A stretch of DNA of 64,000 bases from Blastocladiella emersonii ATCC 22665 (lineage: Eukaryota > Fungi > Blastocladiomycota). Below are positions 24,301-34,016 of this stretch, in pieces. The translations under genes and the position numbers were made by a program. Under the pieces are notes generated by a model. That model saw only the letters and a list, made by a program, of their open reading frames with translations, was not told the DNA's origin and searched no databases. How positions within the stretch are numbered: position 1 is the first letter of the stretch; each line of letters begins with the position of its first letter. The stretch is from the NCBI GenBank assembly GCA_025594325.1, contig JANHCV010000007.1, positions 248,001 to 312,000 of the forward strand, given 5' to 3'.

Positions 24301-24931
24301 GTTGCATCGAGACTCTTTCGCGATTACGCAGTGTGCACATGTACTTTGCAGCGGGTGCAGCGGCGTGATTCCAAGCATTTGCTCGTTGTGCGGTTTGCTA
24401 CTAGATCCGGCCTTTGTTACTCGGTGTCCTGGTGGCATCGCTTCACTTGATGGGCCGAGCAGCTCCAAGCTCACTGCGATTGTGGAGCTCATCCAGTCAG
24501 CGATTTCCGAGGCCGGAACTGCTTGCGTCAAGGTCGTTGTGTGGACACAGTACGCAGGCCTTTCCCGCCTGCTCGCTGACCTGCTTCGCGCGGCTGACGT
24601 CGCGGTCATTGACGGCACGACGACCGCGTTTGGCACCGCCGTGGAGCAGTTCGAGGGCCACGTTGATGGCCCAGCTGTCGTTATCCTTGACGCCGAGACG
24701 GTTCGTTCCAACGCGTCGATCGGCTCCACAACGCACGTCATTTTCGCGCACCCAGTCATCGCCCCCACGGATTACGCGGCGCGCGAGCTCGAGATGCGCT
24801 TGCTTGGATGTACGTCGCAAGCGGCACCGCGCGAGCCTACCCGTAGGATCAAGGTAGTCCGTTTTGCGGCAGCGGGGACGGTCGAGGCTGAGCTCACGGG
24901 GCGCCGGATGCGGGCGCCATGGGAGCATTGA
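21368..24931 (+). CDS. Rad5/Rad16/HLTF-like SNF2-family protein with C3HC4 RING; ATPase motifs degenerate (probable pseudo-ATPase)
   Basis: 1187-aa ORF. Q-motif-like LNETQLCTLEWLYTRE. Walker A position reads DAVLAASDPTTPLEVALALV and the DEAH position reads WFRRVVLVHFG. RING CSQC...CAHVLCSGC...CSLC. Helicase-C-like SSKLTAIVELI, KVVVWTQY, THVIFAHP, KVVRFAAAGTVE. Confidence 0.75.
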   Translation: MPRGASKTVDAGPPKRKRVPKNSSVPIPQAEDPYVPLPIDEPAPDRPVSAPPLTADHFERLLRAERAACGWWRPATTKFGFKVPDDPKCSLAAVDVESMDGHVYPLADEDAILAAGFPTDGDWGVLKRILGNQPGTSSLSVPDRWINLSFASQLDLLLGLHVVPMYTRVPVPRSSLNDAQQWVGAEPPILTSLRLDLEPVLCYEDDGSYTYYRQSWSRKNPWTLHAIQGLKQSSFDHEIGLDRRFLRRLRTEKWSCANRATLRPFLLPSLSVEARYTAKDPEPRELARLAECKLPIGSPGWRARWATNAWESVMLPLHNPPCPPLLRQTDRGLDPYVRIDLHPCPSETYNAAPGQSGQTWRYEWRVYLETGYVNRHLRYNTPGAKSAIHRLLQLYPPTAFCAPSRALSCITSTKWVWTWVHSEPSHGLHEPLNETQLCTLEWLYTRETDPAARGFVNPDLRLAHPYLRLGPGGVLFNHALGEWAEHDIWDTDRVPPSVLDTRDAVLAASDPTTPLEVALALVGSTLSDDPISELSEARYLTSRATLVACRGVDLEEAVRIATASLPAGARIVVLGDFDEYERTSWNDVQSADLVILSSALMSSRRYRARIAELVELSEYQRPRTRAEVALSSNDPQLLPLQQFSALLGDFASDMLVKAPDTYSARVVEVIFERVWFRRVVLVHFGQSPAGSSLPDPRAVAPSDPEQADTALAEHALQAENIQRTDDFLCGLRGSFAIHLIQSPSGKPDSEVLRPVERLLSANAPCDGDVRVHYLRHITRLLSPALVTSSLFDFEVQYIQPSSVELVLAHAALIAHAYSITLRAFLEGFQHHQLSHAWSSAERVFSADMGPLALAQKIVAHGPLQQSTDDCVAALREARRAVVNKVSWWPNGRAWVLSHGLAAADLEEPATNLELWCFDEVGKHCEHDLRHLVRCVQVAQQKLDLATVRLDRFRDAHALLRAVCERTPVACSQCATAVQLHRDSFAITQCAHVLCSGCSGVIPSICSLCGLLLDPAFVTRCPGGIASLDGPSSSKLTAIVELIQSAISEAGTACVKVVVWTQYAGLSRLLADLLRAADVAVIDGTTTAFGTAVEQFEGHVDGPAVVILDAETVRSNASIGSTTHVIFAHPVIAPTDYAARELEMRLLGCTSQAAPREPTRRIKVVRFAAAGTVEAELTGRRMRAPWEH

Positions 24932-25158
24932 TTGCAAGGAGGTTTTCAAAAAGTATAGTATGAAATAAGCCAATTTTATTCACACAGTAGCATTCGAGCG
25001 TCGGGCAGCCGAGGAGCTCGGGTCGCGAGACGCGACGGTAAAACGTGACTGGTCAGCTGACGCTCCGCTCAGTGGCGCTGCCCTCTTCGCCGGCCAGTCG
25101 TCCGTCGTTCTATCGCTCCGCCAACCCTCTCGGGAGCATCCACCTTGCCCACGGAAAT

Positions 25159-27786
25159 ATGGAAACCAATGGATGGGACCCGTTGCAATACTCGGGGCTA
25201 GCGTGGGGGAGCGACTTTGCGCACCCCGCTTCGAGCCAGGCCCCGCTGGACTCGAACGTCGGCGCTGGCTCTTACGTAGCTGCCCCAGCTGACTACCGGC
25301 AAGCTAGTCGTGACGCATTCGGCCACCTTGTCCCTTCAACAACCCTTCAGCCGCCGACAGCCTTGCCGCCGCGCTCGCCACAAGCCCCTCCCGGATTTGC
25401 CGCCCCGCTGCCCCAGCAACAACTCGACTCTTTCGCTTCAGCTCCGGAATCTACGGCTTTGGCGTCGCCTCCGAGCTCTCGTGCCGACGACTTGGCGGCG
25501 CTACGTGAAGCCCGGAAGCTTGTACTCCCAACGCTCGACACTCCAAACCATGCCGTTGATCCAGAAACTTGGGCCCAGATCGCCGAGATCGACTTTGTTG
25601 CTCTCGGCCTTCCCCGGCGCATGTGGCACCTTGCTGCTCTCCATCACGTCGCGCCCGACCTTGCTCGCGACTTGCGCGTTCGAATTCATCAATTCGCTTC
25701 GGCCGCCGAGGATCTCTGGACTGACGGAGTCCGCCGCGCTATTGTGGAAACCACCCGTGATGCCATTTCGACGACCGCTTCTTCGATAGAACACGAGCTT
25801 GCAGCTTCGGTCACCAGCTCGTCTGAAGACTCTTCGAGCCTTAGAGATTGCGATTCCGAGCATCAACGCGAGCGCTACGACGGTGACACCTTGTCGCGAG
25901 TTTCTACCTCCTCGGCCTCCCCTGTCGCCGCTGCTACGACTTGCCCCGACGCGCTCGTGGACGATGATTCCGATGATTCTAGCGATGACCTTTACTTTGC
26001 TGCTTCCACTGACCTGTTGCCCGGCGCCGGGACCCAGCCCGACGCCGAGACCCAGCCCGACGCTGAGACCCAAGATTCCGATAGCGACGACCTGCGTGCT
26101 GAGACATCGGCCAACATCGACTCGGACCACAACGACCTTGACTCGACTGATAATGACTTTGACCCGCCGCTTTCCGACGAGATTGTGCGTGAACCCTACG
26201 CCTTTGCATTCGCCAACAGCTACAAATCCGACGACTTGCCTATTTCGGCTGGCATCCTTGTCGAGCCGCTTGATGCTGTCGCGGACGCCTCGCCCAAAGC
26301 GGAATCGTCAACTCATGCACTTGCCGAGCCCGACTTCATCTCCCTTGCGGAAGTTGACCAGGCCCCGTTTGTCCCATCTCTAGAAGATTTTCCGCCGCTT
26401 AGCCGCTCGTCTCCGGCACAACCAGCAGCAGACGCGCTTGAATCGACTCCGAACCTTGAGCTCGATGCATCCGAGTCATCAGACGGTGAACCCACCACCA
26501 AGGCTTTGACTCAGCTGGATCCGCTCACCGATTCAGCAAACTTGCCTTCGTCTCCTCAAGCTCCCGCTCCGCAGACCACTCCTTCTCCTGCCATTGCTTC
26601 GACGCAGGCCGACCGCCGCGGTGGGAATCGGGCATCTAATCGCCGGAAACCAACGGCAGCAAGAGTTCCAAGCCCCACGAGCACCTCCAAGCTTGCCGAT
26701 GCAGCGCCTGAACCTCAGATTCGCGTCCAACTCGTTGCCGAGAAATTCGTCGCCCTGGCTCACTCGGGAGTCGGTCTCTGTAATTTCAACGTGGAGCACC
26801 CTGGCCTGCTACACAGAGTTCCCCCGAGTGAAACGTGGGAAGCCTTTCTTAACCGCTTTGTTCGCGCTTCGCAAAAGCGCGATGCAGTGGAACTGATGAG
26901 TCCTTACATCGTCTTGGTGTTACCCTTCCGCGGAACCAAACCAGAGCTTGTCCGTGTCGCGCCGGAGCACCTTGTCGCTGACCCGGCAACCACGATCAAG
27001 CAGCTTTGGGAGCTTTGTCACGGCAAGGCCCGCGGCGGCCGGGGTGCTCCCGCCAACCTGTTCGAGTCCAAGCCCCTTTCCCTCTTTCTTGCGGACCGAC
27101 CAACGCACCTTGCCACCACGAAACTTCCTATGTCGCCCCCTGTCACAGCCGCCGCGCGACGTGAAGTTGGATCGCTGGTCACGTCGCGGCTGCTTCTCTT
27201 CATCAAAATCCACATTTCACCGATTGGATTGCATTACGCTCGTGCCGCTTGGGTCGACTATTCGGATACACCCGCGACGGCCCTTGCTGCTGCACTACGC
27301 AACAAGTGCGACCCGCTGTGCCCGTGCATCAAGCGCATCCTGCGCTGCCTCGTCGGCGTGTACGAGGAGAAGGGCGTGAGTCCGATGCGCAACCTCGACT
27401 CGACCAAGTCGTGGCGCAGTCTCGGCGTCAAGTGGGGCTCCATCATCGTGCTCGACTACAAACTGGTATTGCTATTGAGCCACGAGTACACCGAGCTGAC
27501 CCAGGAGCTCATCGCGTGCCCCGCCCATCAAGGCCAAAAGGTGGTTGAGGAGCTGGCCGCGATTGCGCAGTCCGCTCTTCCTGGCCAACCCGCGGTCGTG
27601 CAGCAGATGTTCTCGATCATGTCGCTAGCGAAGTGGACCGTGCTCACGCTGCTCCAGTACGTGCCGCCCTCCGCGGCGGACGTCTCCCAGGCGCCGTCCA
27701 GGGACGAGATGACGGCCAACTCGACGCACACCACGTTCCCGCAGTATCTGAGCGCGGTATCGACCCACCGCGCGATCACTCGCTAG
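25159..27786 (+). CDS. Acidic disordered protein carrying only a USP7/Ubp15-type UBL1-UBL2 (ICP0-binding) module
   Basis: Segments IRVQLVAEKF..HSG, HRVPPSETWEAF, GTKP, PLSLFLA, LLLFIKI...LHY, VYEE, GSIIVLDYK line up in order with USP7 UBL1-2 as recalled (MQVQIVAEDQF..HQG, FKVLKNSSLAEF, GTKRP, PWTIFLE, MLFLKM...LNY, LYEE, GDIIVFQK). No MATH domain or Cys/His boxes. The first ATG is at 25159. Confidence 0.7.
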   Translation: METNGWDPLQYSGLAWGSDFAHPASSQAPLDSNVGAGSYVAAPADYRQASRDAFGHLVPSTTLQPPTALPPRSPQAPPGFAAPLPQQQLDSFASAPESTALASPPSSRADDLAALREARKLVLPTLDTPNHAVDPETWAQIAEIDFVALGLPRRMWHLAALHHVAPDLARDLRVRIHQFASAAEDLWTDGVRRAIVETTRDAISTTASSIEHELAASVTSSSEDSSSLRDCDSEHQRERYDGDTLSRVSTSSASPVAAATTCPDALVDDDSDDSSDDLYFAASTDLLPGAGTQPDAETQPDAETQDSDSDDLRAETSANIDSDHNDLDSTDNDFDPPLSDEIVREPYAFAFANSYKSDDLPISAGILVEPLDAVADASPKAESSTHALAEPDFISLAEVDQAPFVPSLEDFPPLSRSSPAQPAADALESTPNLELDASESSDGEPTTKALTQLDPLTDSANLPSSPQAPAPQTTPSPAIASTQADRRGGNRASNRRKPTAARVPSPTSTSKLADAAPEPQIRVQLVAEKFVALAHSGVGLCNFNVEHPGLLHRVPPSETWEAFLNRFVRASQKRDAVELMSPYIVLVLPFRGTKPELVRVAPEHLVADPATTIKQLWELCHGKARGGRGAPANLFESKPLSLFLADRPTHLATTKLPMSPPVTAAARREVGSLVTSRLLLFIKIHISPIGLHYARAAWVDYSDTPATALAAALRNKCDPLCPCIKRILRCLVGVYEEKGVSPMRNLDSTKSWRSLGVKWGSIIVLDYKLVLLLSHEYTELTQELIACPAHQGQKVVEELAAIAQSALPGQPAVVQQMFSIMSLAKWTVLTLLQYVPPSAADVSQAPSRDEMTANSTHTTFPQYLSAVSTHRAITR

Positions 27787-27978
27787 CCGCGTGCGTCTCG
27801 CATTGCTTGGGTTAAATGAATTTTTGTTGGTTCTTGCGCGTCGCACTCCCTTGACCGTGCTGTCGAAGTACCTCTCCTGAAATCCCACGCGCTGTTTGCA
27901 ACCGAATACAGGGATATATAGTCTCAACAACACCACTTCCACCGTCGAAGCGACGCGCGCGCAACAGGTCCACTGCTG

Positions 27979-30900
27979 CTACTGAGTGCTGCGCACCGAC
28001 TCGGACCGGATCACAGCCGCGCGGGCGGGCGACTGACTCGCGCCCGACGCCTTGCTGTTCGTCGCGGCGGCGCCGCCGGACCCGCCCGCGTTCGCCTTGG
28101 AGGTCCGCGCGATGGTGATCGAGTCGCTCCAGCGCGAGGCCTCGTCGCCGGTGGCCGCCATGAACTCGAACGTCTTCTTGCCGAGGATGACGATGAACCG
28201 TGCGCCGCTGGGCCCGCCGCCGGACCCGGCGCTGGCCTTGCTGACGGTCGAGTCGGTCTGGGCGAGTTTCCCGTCGGTGCCGCGGAGCCCCGACTCGGTG
28301 ATCTGGTCGAGCGGGATGACCGTCGCGTGGGTGTCGGCCGAGTCGCCGCCCGTGTGCTGCAGGATCAGGATGCGCTGCGCGGGGAGAAGCAGCGCGCGCG
28401 CGGGCTTCCAGGGCGCGATCTGCAGGCGCAGGGCCGACGACCCAAAGCGGAAACTGAGCATGCCCTCGCGGCCGAACCCGAGCTCGCGCGCGTGGTTGAG
28501 GTCGTTCTTGCCGTGGCCGCCGCCCGCGTTGCCGTTGCCGCCCTCGTGCTGCGACGACATGAGCCCGACGGCGTTGGCCTGGTACGACGCGATGGCCGAG
28601 GACTCCTGGTTGTTGCCCTTGACGTTGGACGGGTTGCGGAACTCGTTCCACAGCTTGGGCGCGAAGTACGAGACGAGCAGCGTGGTGGTGGCGAGGAAGA
28701 TGCCGATGGACCGGATCGCGAACTGGATCGTCTGGCCGAGCACGTCCGCGTACGACATGGGGACCGCGATGGTGATAATGAGCGTGAGGTTGTAAATCGA
28801 AAACCCAATCGACTTGGACTCGGAGTAGCCCTGCCCCGCGGACCGCGTCTTGACGGCGACCCACAGCGCGGCGAGCAGCTGCAGCGAGTGGTAGAAGTAG
28901 AGGAGCCCGACCATGGCCGACTGGAACGTCGGGTCCTTGGACGAGCACGCCGTGTACCGCGACGAGGCCAGCTTGATGTCGGTGGGCAGCGGCGGGTCGA
29001 CGGCGCACCAGATGATGAGGAGCAGCGAGTCGACGGCGAGCAGGCCGCCGATCCACGTGAACAGCGTGCGGTTCGGCAGGTTGAGGCGCTTGGCGTACGG
29101 GTTGTTGAAGATCTTGTAAATGCGCAGGCCCTTGAGCGTGATGGCCGTGAGCGGGATCGAGAACCCGAAGCACAGCAGCCACGGCTGCAGGATGCACTGC
29201 GTGGACGACGGCACGTCGACGTACGTGAACACGGTCACGTACTCGATGGTCAGCCCGACGAGCACCAGGTACATGAACGCGGGCGCCGACTTGCGGATTG
29301 CGGGCCGGTTGCGCAGCGAGATGAGGTTGAGCGCGACGAGGCCGACGAGAGCGAGCCCGATGATCGAGAGCGCCATCATGGCGATGGCGACGCCGTCGCC
29401 CGCGCGCACGTTGGTCGGCGGGCCGAGGATGTCGATGCTGAGGACCGACGCGATGTTGCGGTTCATGGCGTCGAGCGCCTTGGCCTCGGGCGCGTTGCCG
29501 TTGAGCAGCGACATCCAATACGTGTAAATGGACATGGACACGTCCTGGTACCGCTGTCCCGACGCGCCGGCGGGGCGCGCGGCCACGGACATGCCGCCGA
29601 ACAGCTCGCAGTTGCCAATGGTCGCGCACACGTCCGGGTCGCGGTACAGCGACATGACCGTGGGCAGGATGCCGTGGGCGACGGTGCGGGCCTTCTGGAA
29701 CCGCGCCGACAGGAGGAACTCGAGCGCCTTGACGGCGGCGTCGGGGTTGGCCGAGAACTTGGACACGGCCCAGAGCCACCCGCCGAGCGTCGCGCCGGAC
29801 ATGCCGGGCTGCGCGCCGGGCAGCTGCGTCATGTTCCACGCCCACGACACGTTGGCGGCGCGCGTCTGGCCCGCGACGAACGGCCAGTTGCGCAGGAACA
29901 GCACGTTGCCTTGGAGCCACAGCTTGAGCGAGGTGGTCTCGTCGGCGCCGATCGACAGCGGGCCGACGATCCCGTTCTTGAGCCACCGGCGCCACCGCTG
30001 CGCGATCTTGAGCACCTTGTCGGCGACGACCGTGTTCCCGAAACTCGACAGCGTGCGGTTCGGCTCGAGGATCATGCCCGCGTCCTCGCTGCGCAGCCAC
30101 TCCATGACGTTGCACGTCAGGCCCTCGTACGGCTTGAGCTGCGAGATGTAGCCCATGAGGCCCGGGTTCACCTTTTGCTCCTGCGGCAGGATGTTGGTGA
30201 TCATGGCCTCCATCTCGGACCACTACGAATCGGGATCGCGCGGGGGGGGTGAGGGTTAGCTCGAGTCGGCGGGGGTGGCGGTGGCTCAGCAGCGGCGCGC
30301 GCCTGGATCTGACGTACCGTCTTCGGCGGCCCCGAGTACCCATACTTTGCAAGGAGATCGGCGCGATAGAACATGACTCCGAAGTCCGCCGCTTCGGGCA
30401 CAGCGAGCCTAGACGAGCGGGAACCGAGTGCCGGGTGTCAGATCGGTACTCCGACTCGCGCTCCCAACTCACGTACAGCTTGCCGAGCACGCGACCCGCC
30501 TCGACGATCTGCTGGTTGTGCTGGGCGAGGACCGAGGCCGAGACGCGGCCGTCGAGCTCGAGGAGGTGGTCGGCGAACTGGCCGGGCCAGACGACTACAA
30601 GCGGGGCCGCGGATGATCCGTGAGCTCGGGCGGCAAAACTCGTGCATGCGCGCGGGGCGCGCGGGGCGCCGCCCGCGGCCGATCGGAGTGCCGTACCGTC
30701 AACGAGGAAGATGTCGACGTAGGGCGACTTGGCGTCAAACAGGGCCTGGATAGTGCCGACGTTGTCTACACAGACGCGCGTGCGCGGGGTTAGATCCACG
30801 CGTACGCGACGAACCTCAAGCATGAGCGCGAAGCGTACCCGTCGACGACTGCGACGGCTGGAACTGGAAGTCGATGTTGATCCCGGACGTGCGCGACCAC

Positions 30901-31209
30901 TCCTGCGCGAGCGGCTCCATGACGACCGACTCGATGGTGGTGTTGGCGAAGACTACACGGACGAGCGGGCACCGAATCAGTTCTCGGAAGCTCGCTCGCT
31001 AGTCCCACGCGACGACGTACTCGGCGGCATCAGCACGCGGACCGTGGTCGCGGCCGCGATCCGGCCGACGAGGCATACGAGAAGCAGCGCGAGGGCTACA
31101 CACGCGAGATCGTCAGTGCCGAACAGAGACGCGTGAGAATCCGGGGGCGAGGCGTACCCGCGACGAGCGACGCGGGCCGCCACGGCGGCGACCTGGAGCG
31201 CTTGAGCAT
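27979..31209 (-). CDS. Class C (GABA-B-like 7tm_3) GPCR with an N-terminal extracellular solute-binding (sugar ABC SBP-like) domain; 7 exons
   Basis: Six in-frame introns (31096-31157, 30953-31020, 30766-30838, 30595-30696, 30409-30476, 30223-30317). Signal peptide ALALLLVCLVGRIAAA. SBP motifs DIFLVDVVWPGQFADHLL and PEAADFGVMFYRADLLAKYG..PPKTWSE. 7TM with IRKSAPAFM, CILQPWLLCFGF, KGLRIYKIF, YSESKSIGFSIYN. Confidence 0.9.
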
Positions 31210-31721
31210 GGTGCTTAGCTTATCGGTGATACGCGAGGGATGCAAGATGCGATCGGGGAAAGTCGAGGGCGTTCCGTGCAGAAGAGGTGCGGATGCCTTG
31301 CTCGACTCGGGTGCCTGTACTGCCGGAAGAGAGAGAAAGTGCGGGCGGGAGGGGAGAGCGGGTCGAGGATCCAGCGCGCGGGACGGGGGTGTGGGTGCAC
31401 CGGGTTGGATGCTGAGGGGGGATGCGTCTCCGGGCCAAGCGGATCGGTGCGCGAATGGCGCGCGGCTGGGCGCCCGAGTAAATTTTGGACGGTTAGCCTG
31501 AGCTCGGGACAGGCTTCGCGAATGGGGCGGTGGGAGACGTGACACGCCGCGCGTCGACGCGTCTCGTTTCGGAAGTGCGGATCATGCACGCGTCTCCCGC
31601 CGCGACCCGCACGCCTGCGCCGGATATCGGGGAGACAAGGGCAAAATTATCCATCTCTGTTCCATCCAAAGGGACACACGGCGGCGCCACCCGTTCGCGG
31701 ACAAAGGCGCTGCGTGACATC

Positions 31722-33537
31722 TCACACTTGTTGTTGCGGTCCGCCACCCGCGGCACCGCCACCGCTGCCGCCGCCGGGAGACGTGAGCGACCGGTGGTGG
31801 TGATGGCGGATCCCGAGCGCCGGCGACGACGAGCTGATGGAGCTGGCCGACGAGCCCGACGACGCGGGCGACGCGACGCCGCTCGCCATGCTCTGCCTCA
31901 GCTGCCGGCGCGACCGCGCGAGGAGCGCGTGGCTGGCGGGCGCGCTGGTGCGCCGGCTCGACGCGACGATCATGGTCGTGTGCCGCGAGAGCCGGTGGTT
32001 GTGCGGGCGCGTGGGCAGCGCAGCGAGCGGGTACGACGCGGGCGGCGCGGGCGCGAGCGGGGCGAGCTCGGCCGGGTCCTCGGCAGCAGCAGCGGGGACC
32101 GCCGGCTCGAGGTCGCGCTCTCCGACGAGGCTGTACGACGCGAGCAGCGACGCGGGCGCTGCGGCGCACGGGACGGCTGCCGGAATGGTGACGACGGGCG
32201 CGGTCTCGGTGCGCAGGCGGCGCGGGAACGTGTGCGTGACTGGCGCGGGCCACGGCGCGAGCTCATCGTCGTCGTCATCGCCGTCGCGGCCCGCGCGGCC
32301 CGCGTCGTCGAAGCTGCGGCGCGCGGGGACGTGCCAGTCGTCGACGTCCCACCGCGCGCCGCTCGGCCCGCTGCCGGCAGCCGCGTGGGACATGGTGCGG
32401 TGCCGGCGCGGCGCCGGTCCACCCGCTCCATCCGCCGCGGCGGCCGCCGACCCGCGGTGCCGGTCCGAGAAGTGGACCCAGGTCGTGCGCGCGCGGCGGA
32501 GCGAGTGGCCACGACTCGGACCATGGTGGCCGTGGAGGTGGTGGTGGCGGCGGACGCCGGCCATCTCGTCCTCGAGCGACCACGACTGGCGGCAGACGGG
32601 GCACGAGATGGGTGCGAGGCGTCCGGGCGGGGCGCGGAGGACCGACTCGAGCCACGGGCGCAGGCACCGGTCGTGGAAGTCGTGGGCGCACGGCAGCTCG
32701 CGGATCCGGTCGCCCGGCGCGTAGTCGTCGAGGCAGATGGAGCACGTCGTGCGCGTGGTGCTGGTCAGCGCGCCGGCGGGCGCCGCCGGTGCCGCGACGG
32801 GGTCTGGGTCCGCGGCGGGCGCGACGGTGAGTGTAGGGGACGAGGGCCGCGGGCCGAGCATGTCCTCGTCGTCGGGCACCGGGACGTGCGTCGGGTCGCG
32901 CGCGACGGCCATGGGTTCCAGGGCAATCAGCTCGGCGCCGTCGTCGTCGCCATCATCGTCGTCTTCCCCCAGAATCACGAACGGCGACTCGGCCGCGCGG
33001 GCCGGCGTCGCCACTGACGGAACGGGCGTGTGCGTAGCCGGGGTGCGGCGCGCGGCCTCGCGCAGCTCGACAATCTCGGGCCCGCCGTCGGGGATGTGGC
33101 GCGCCATGGCGTCGACCTGGTCCGAGTCGCCCATGGCGATGACCACGGACGTGACGGACGTCGGGTCGAACGGGAACACAGGGAACTTTTCCGAGTGCTG
33201 CAGCAGGCGACGCAGGTGCCGCCGCGTGCGGTACCGCTGCCACCGCGTGCGGACCGCGGGGATCTGGGGCGGGAGTGAGGGGAATCAGTTGGGCGATCAC
33301 GGCGTCGCGGCGGTCGACCACGGGCGTGCGTACCAGGACAGCGAGCGACCAGTGGCCCAGCACGCCCAGAATCATGCCGCCAAACAGGATCGTAAAGATG
33401 CTACGCGCGTGCGGGCAGCGGGGCGTGAGTCGCCCGCGATGATGACGGCGAGACGCTCGGACGTACTAGGCGAGCACGGTGCCGATATCGACGCCGCTGC
33501 TCGAGCCCGAGCCCATGAGCGGGTCGCTCGAGCCCAT
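31722..33537 (-). CDS. Single-pass membrane RING-H2 E3 ubiquitin ligase (ATL-like architecture); 3 exons
   Basis: Introns 33401-33466 and 33264-33333 give TM segment YIFTILFGGMILGVLGHWSLAVLIPAV followed by basic RTRWQRYRTRR. RING-H2 CSICLDDY...LPCAHDFHDRCLRPWL...CPVCR. Confidence 0.85.
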
Positions 33538-33818
33538 AGTCGCTGCTGATACGCGTGGGTTGCGTCGCGGGAGAGCGGGCGGGTCGTGTCGTCGGCGCGG
33601 GATCGCGGGTCGCGGCAGCGTGCGTGTAGCGGTGCGTGGGAGCCGTTGCAGCGGGCCGTATGCGAGACGGCGGTACAGCTGTAGAGCGAACGGCTGGGGC
33701 GAGGCGGAAGCGAGAAAGTCGAAGAGAGGGGACGGCGGGCGGGGGAGCGCGAGCCGCGGGCCGAGGCCCCGACGGAACGCGTTGCGCAGGCGGCCACGAC
33801 ACGCGTCGCTCATCACCT

Positions 33819-33840
33819 CTCACCTCACCTCACCTCACCT
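33819..33840. repeat. (TCACC)n microsatellite
   Basis: About 4 tandem pentamer copies between the RING and K+ channel genes. Confidence 0.7.
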
Positions 33841-34016
33841 CCCGCCGGCTTCCGGCGCTGCGCATCGGCCGATCGAGCGGGTCTTCTGCAACAAGAGGGG
33901 GAGAGTATATAGCAAACAGAAAATACGAGTGTAGGTTGCGCGCGCGAGAAGTCCCGCGCACGCGGGTGAGCGAGAGGAACGACAGCAGCACGCCTCGCCG
34001 CCGCCGGCCGCAGGTT

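Noticed and set aside
21368-24931. DNMT5-like methyltransferase-SNF2 fusion
   Set aside because: No C5-methyltransferase motifs (FxGxG, PCQ, ENV) are seen in the N-terminal region.
27979-31209. Recent bacterial contamination or fresh HGT because of the SBP domain
   Set aside because: The SBP region has six canonical spliceosomal introns and host-like codon usage, and is fused to a eukaryotic 7TM.
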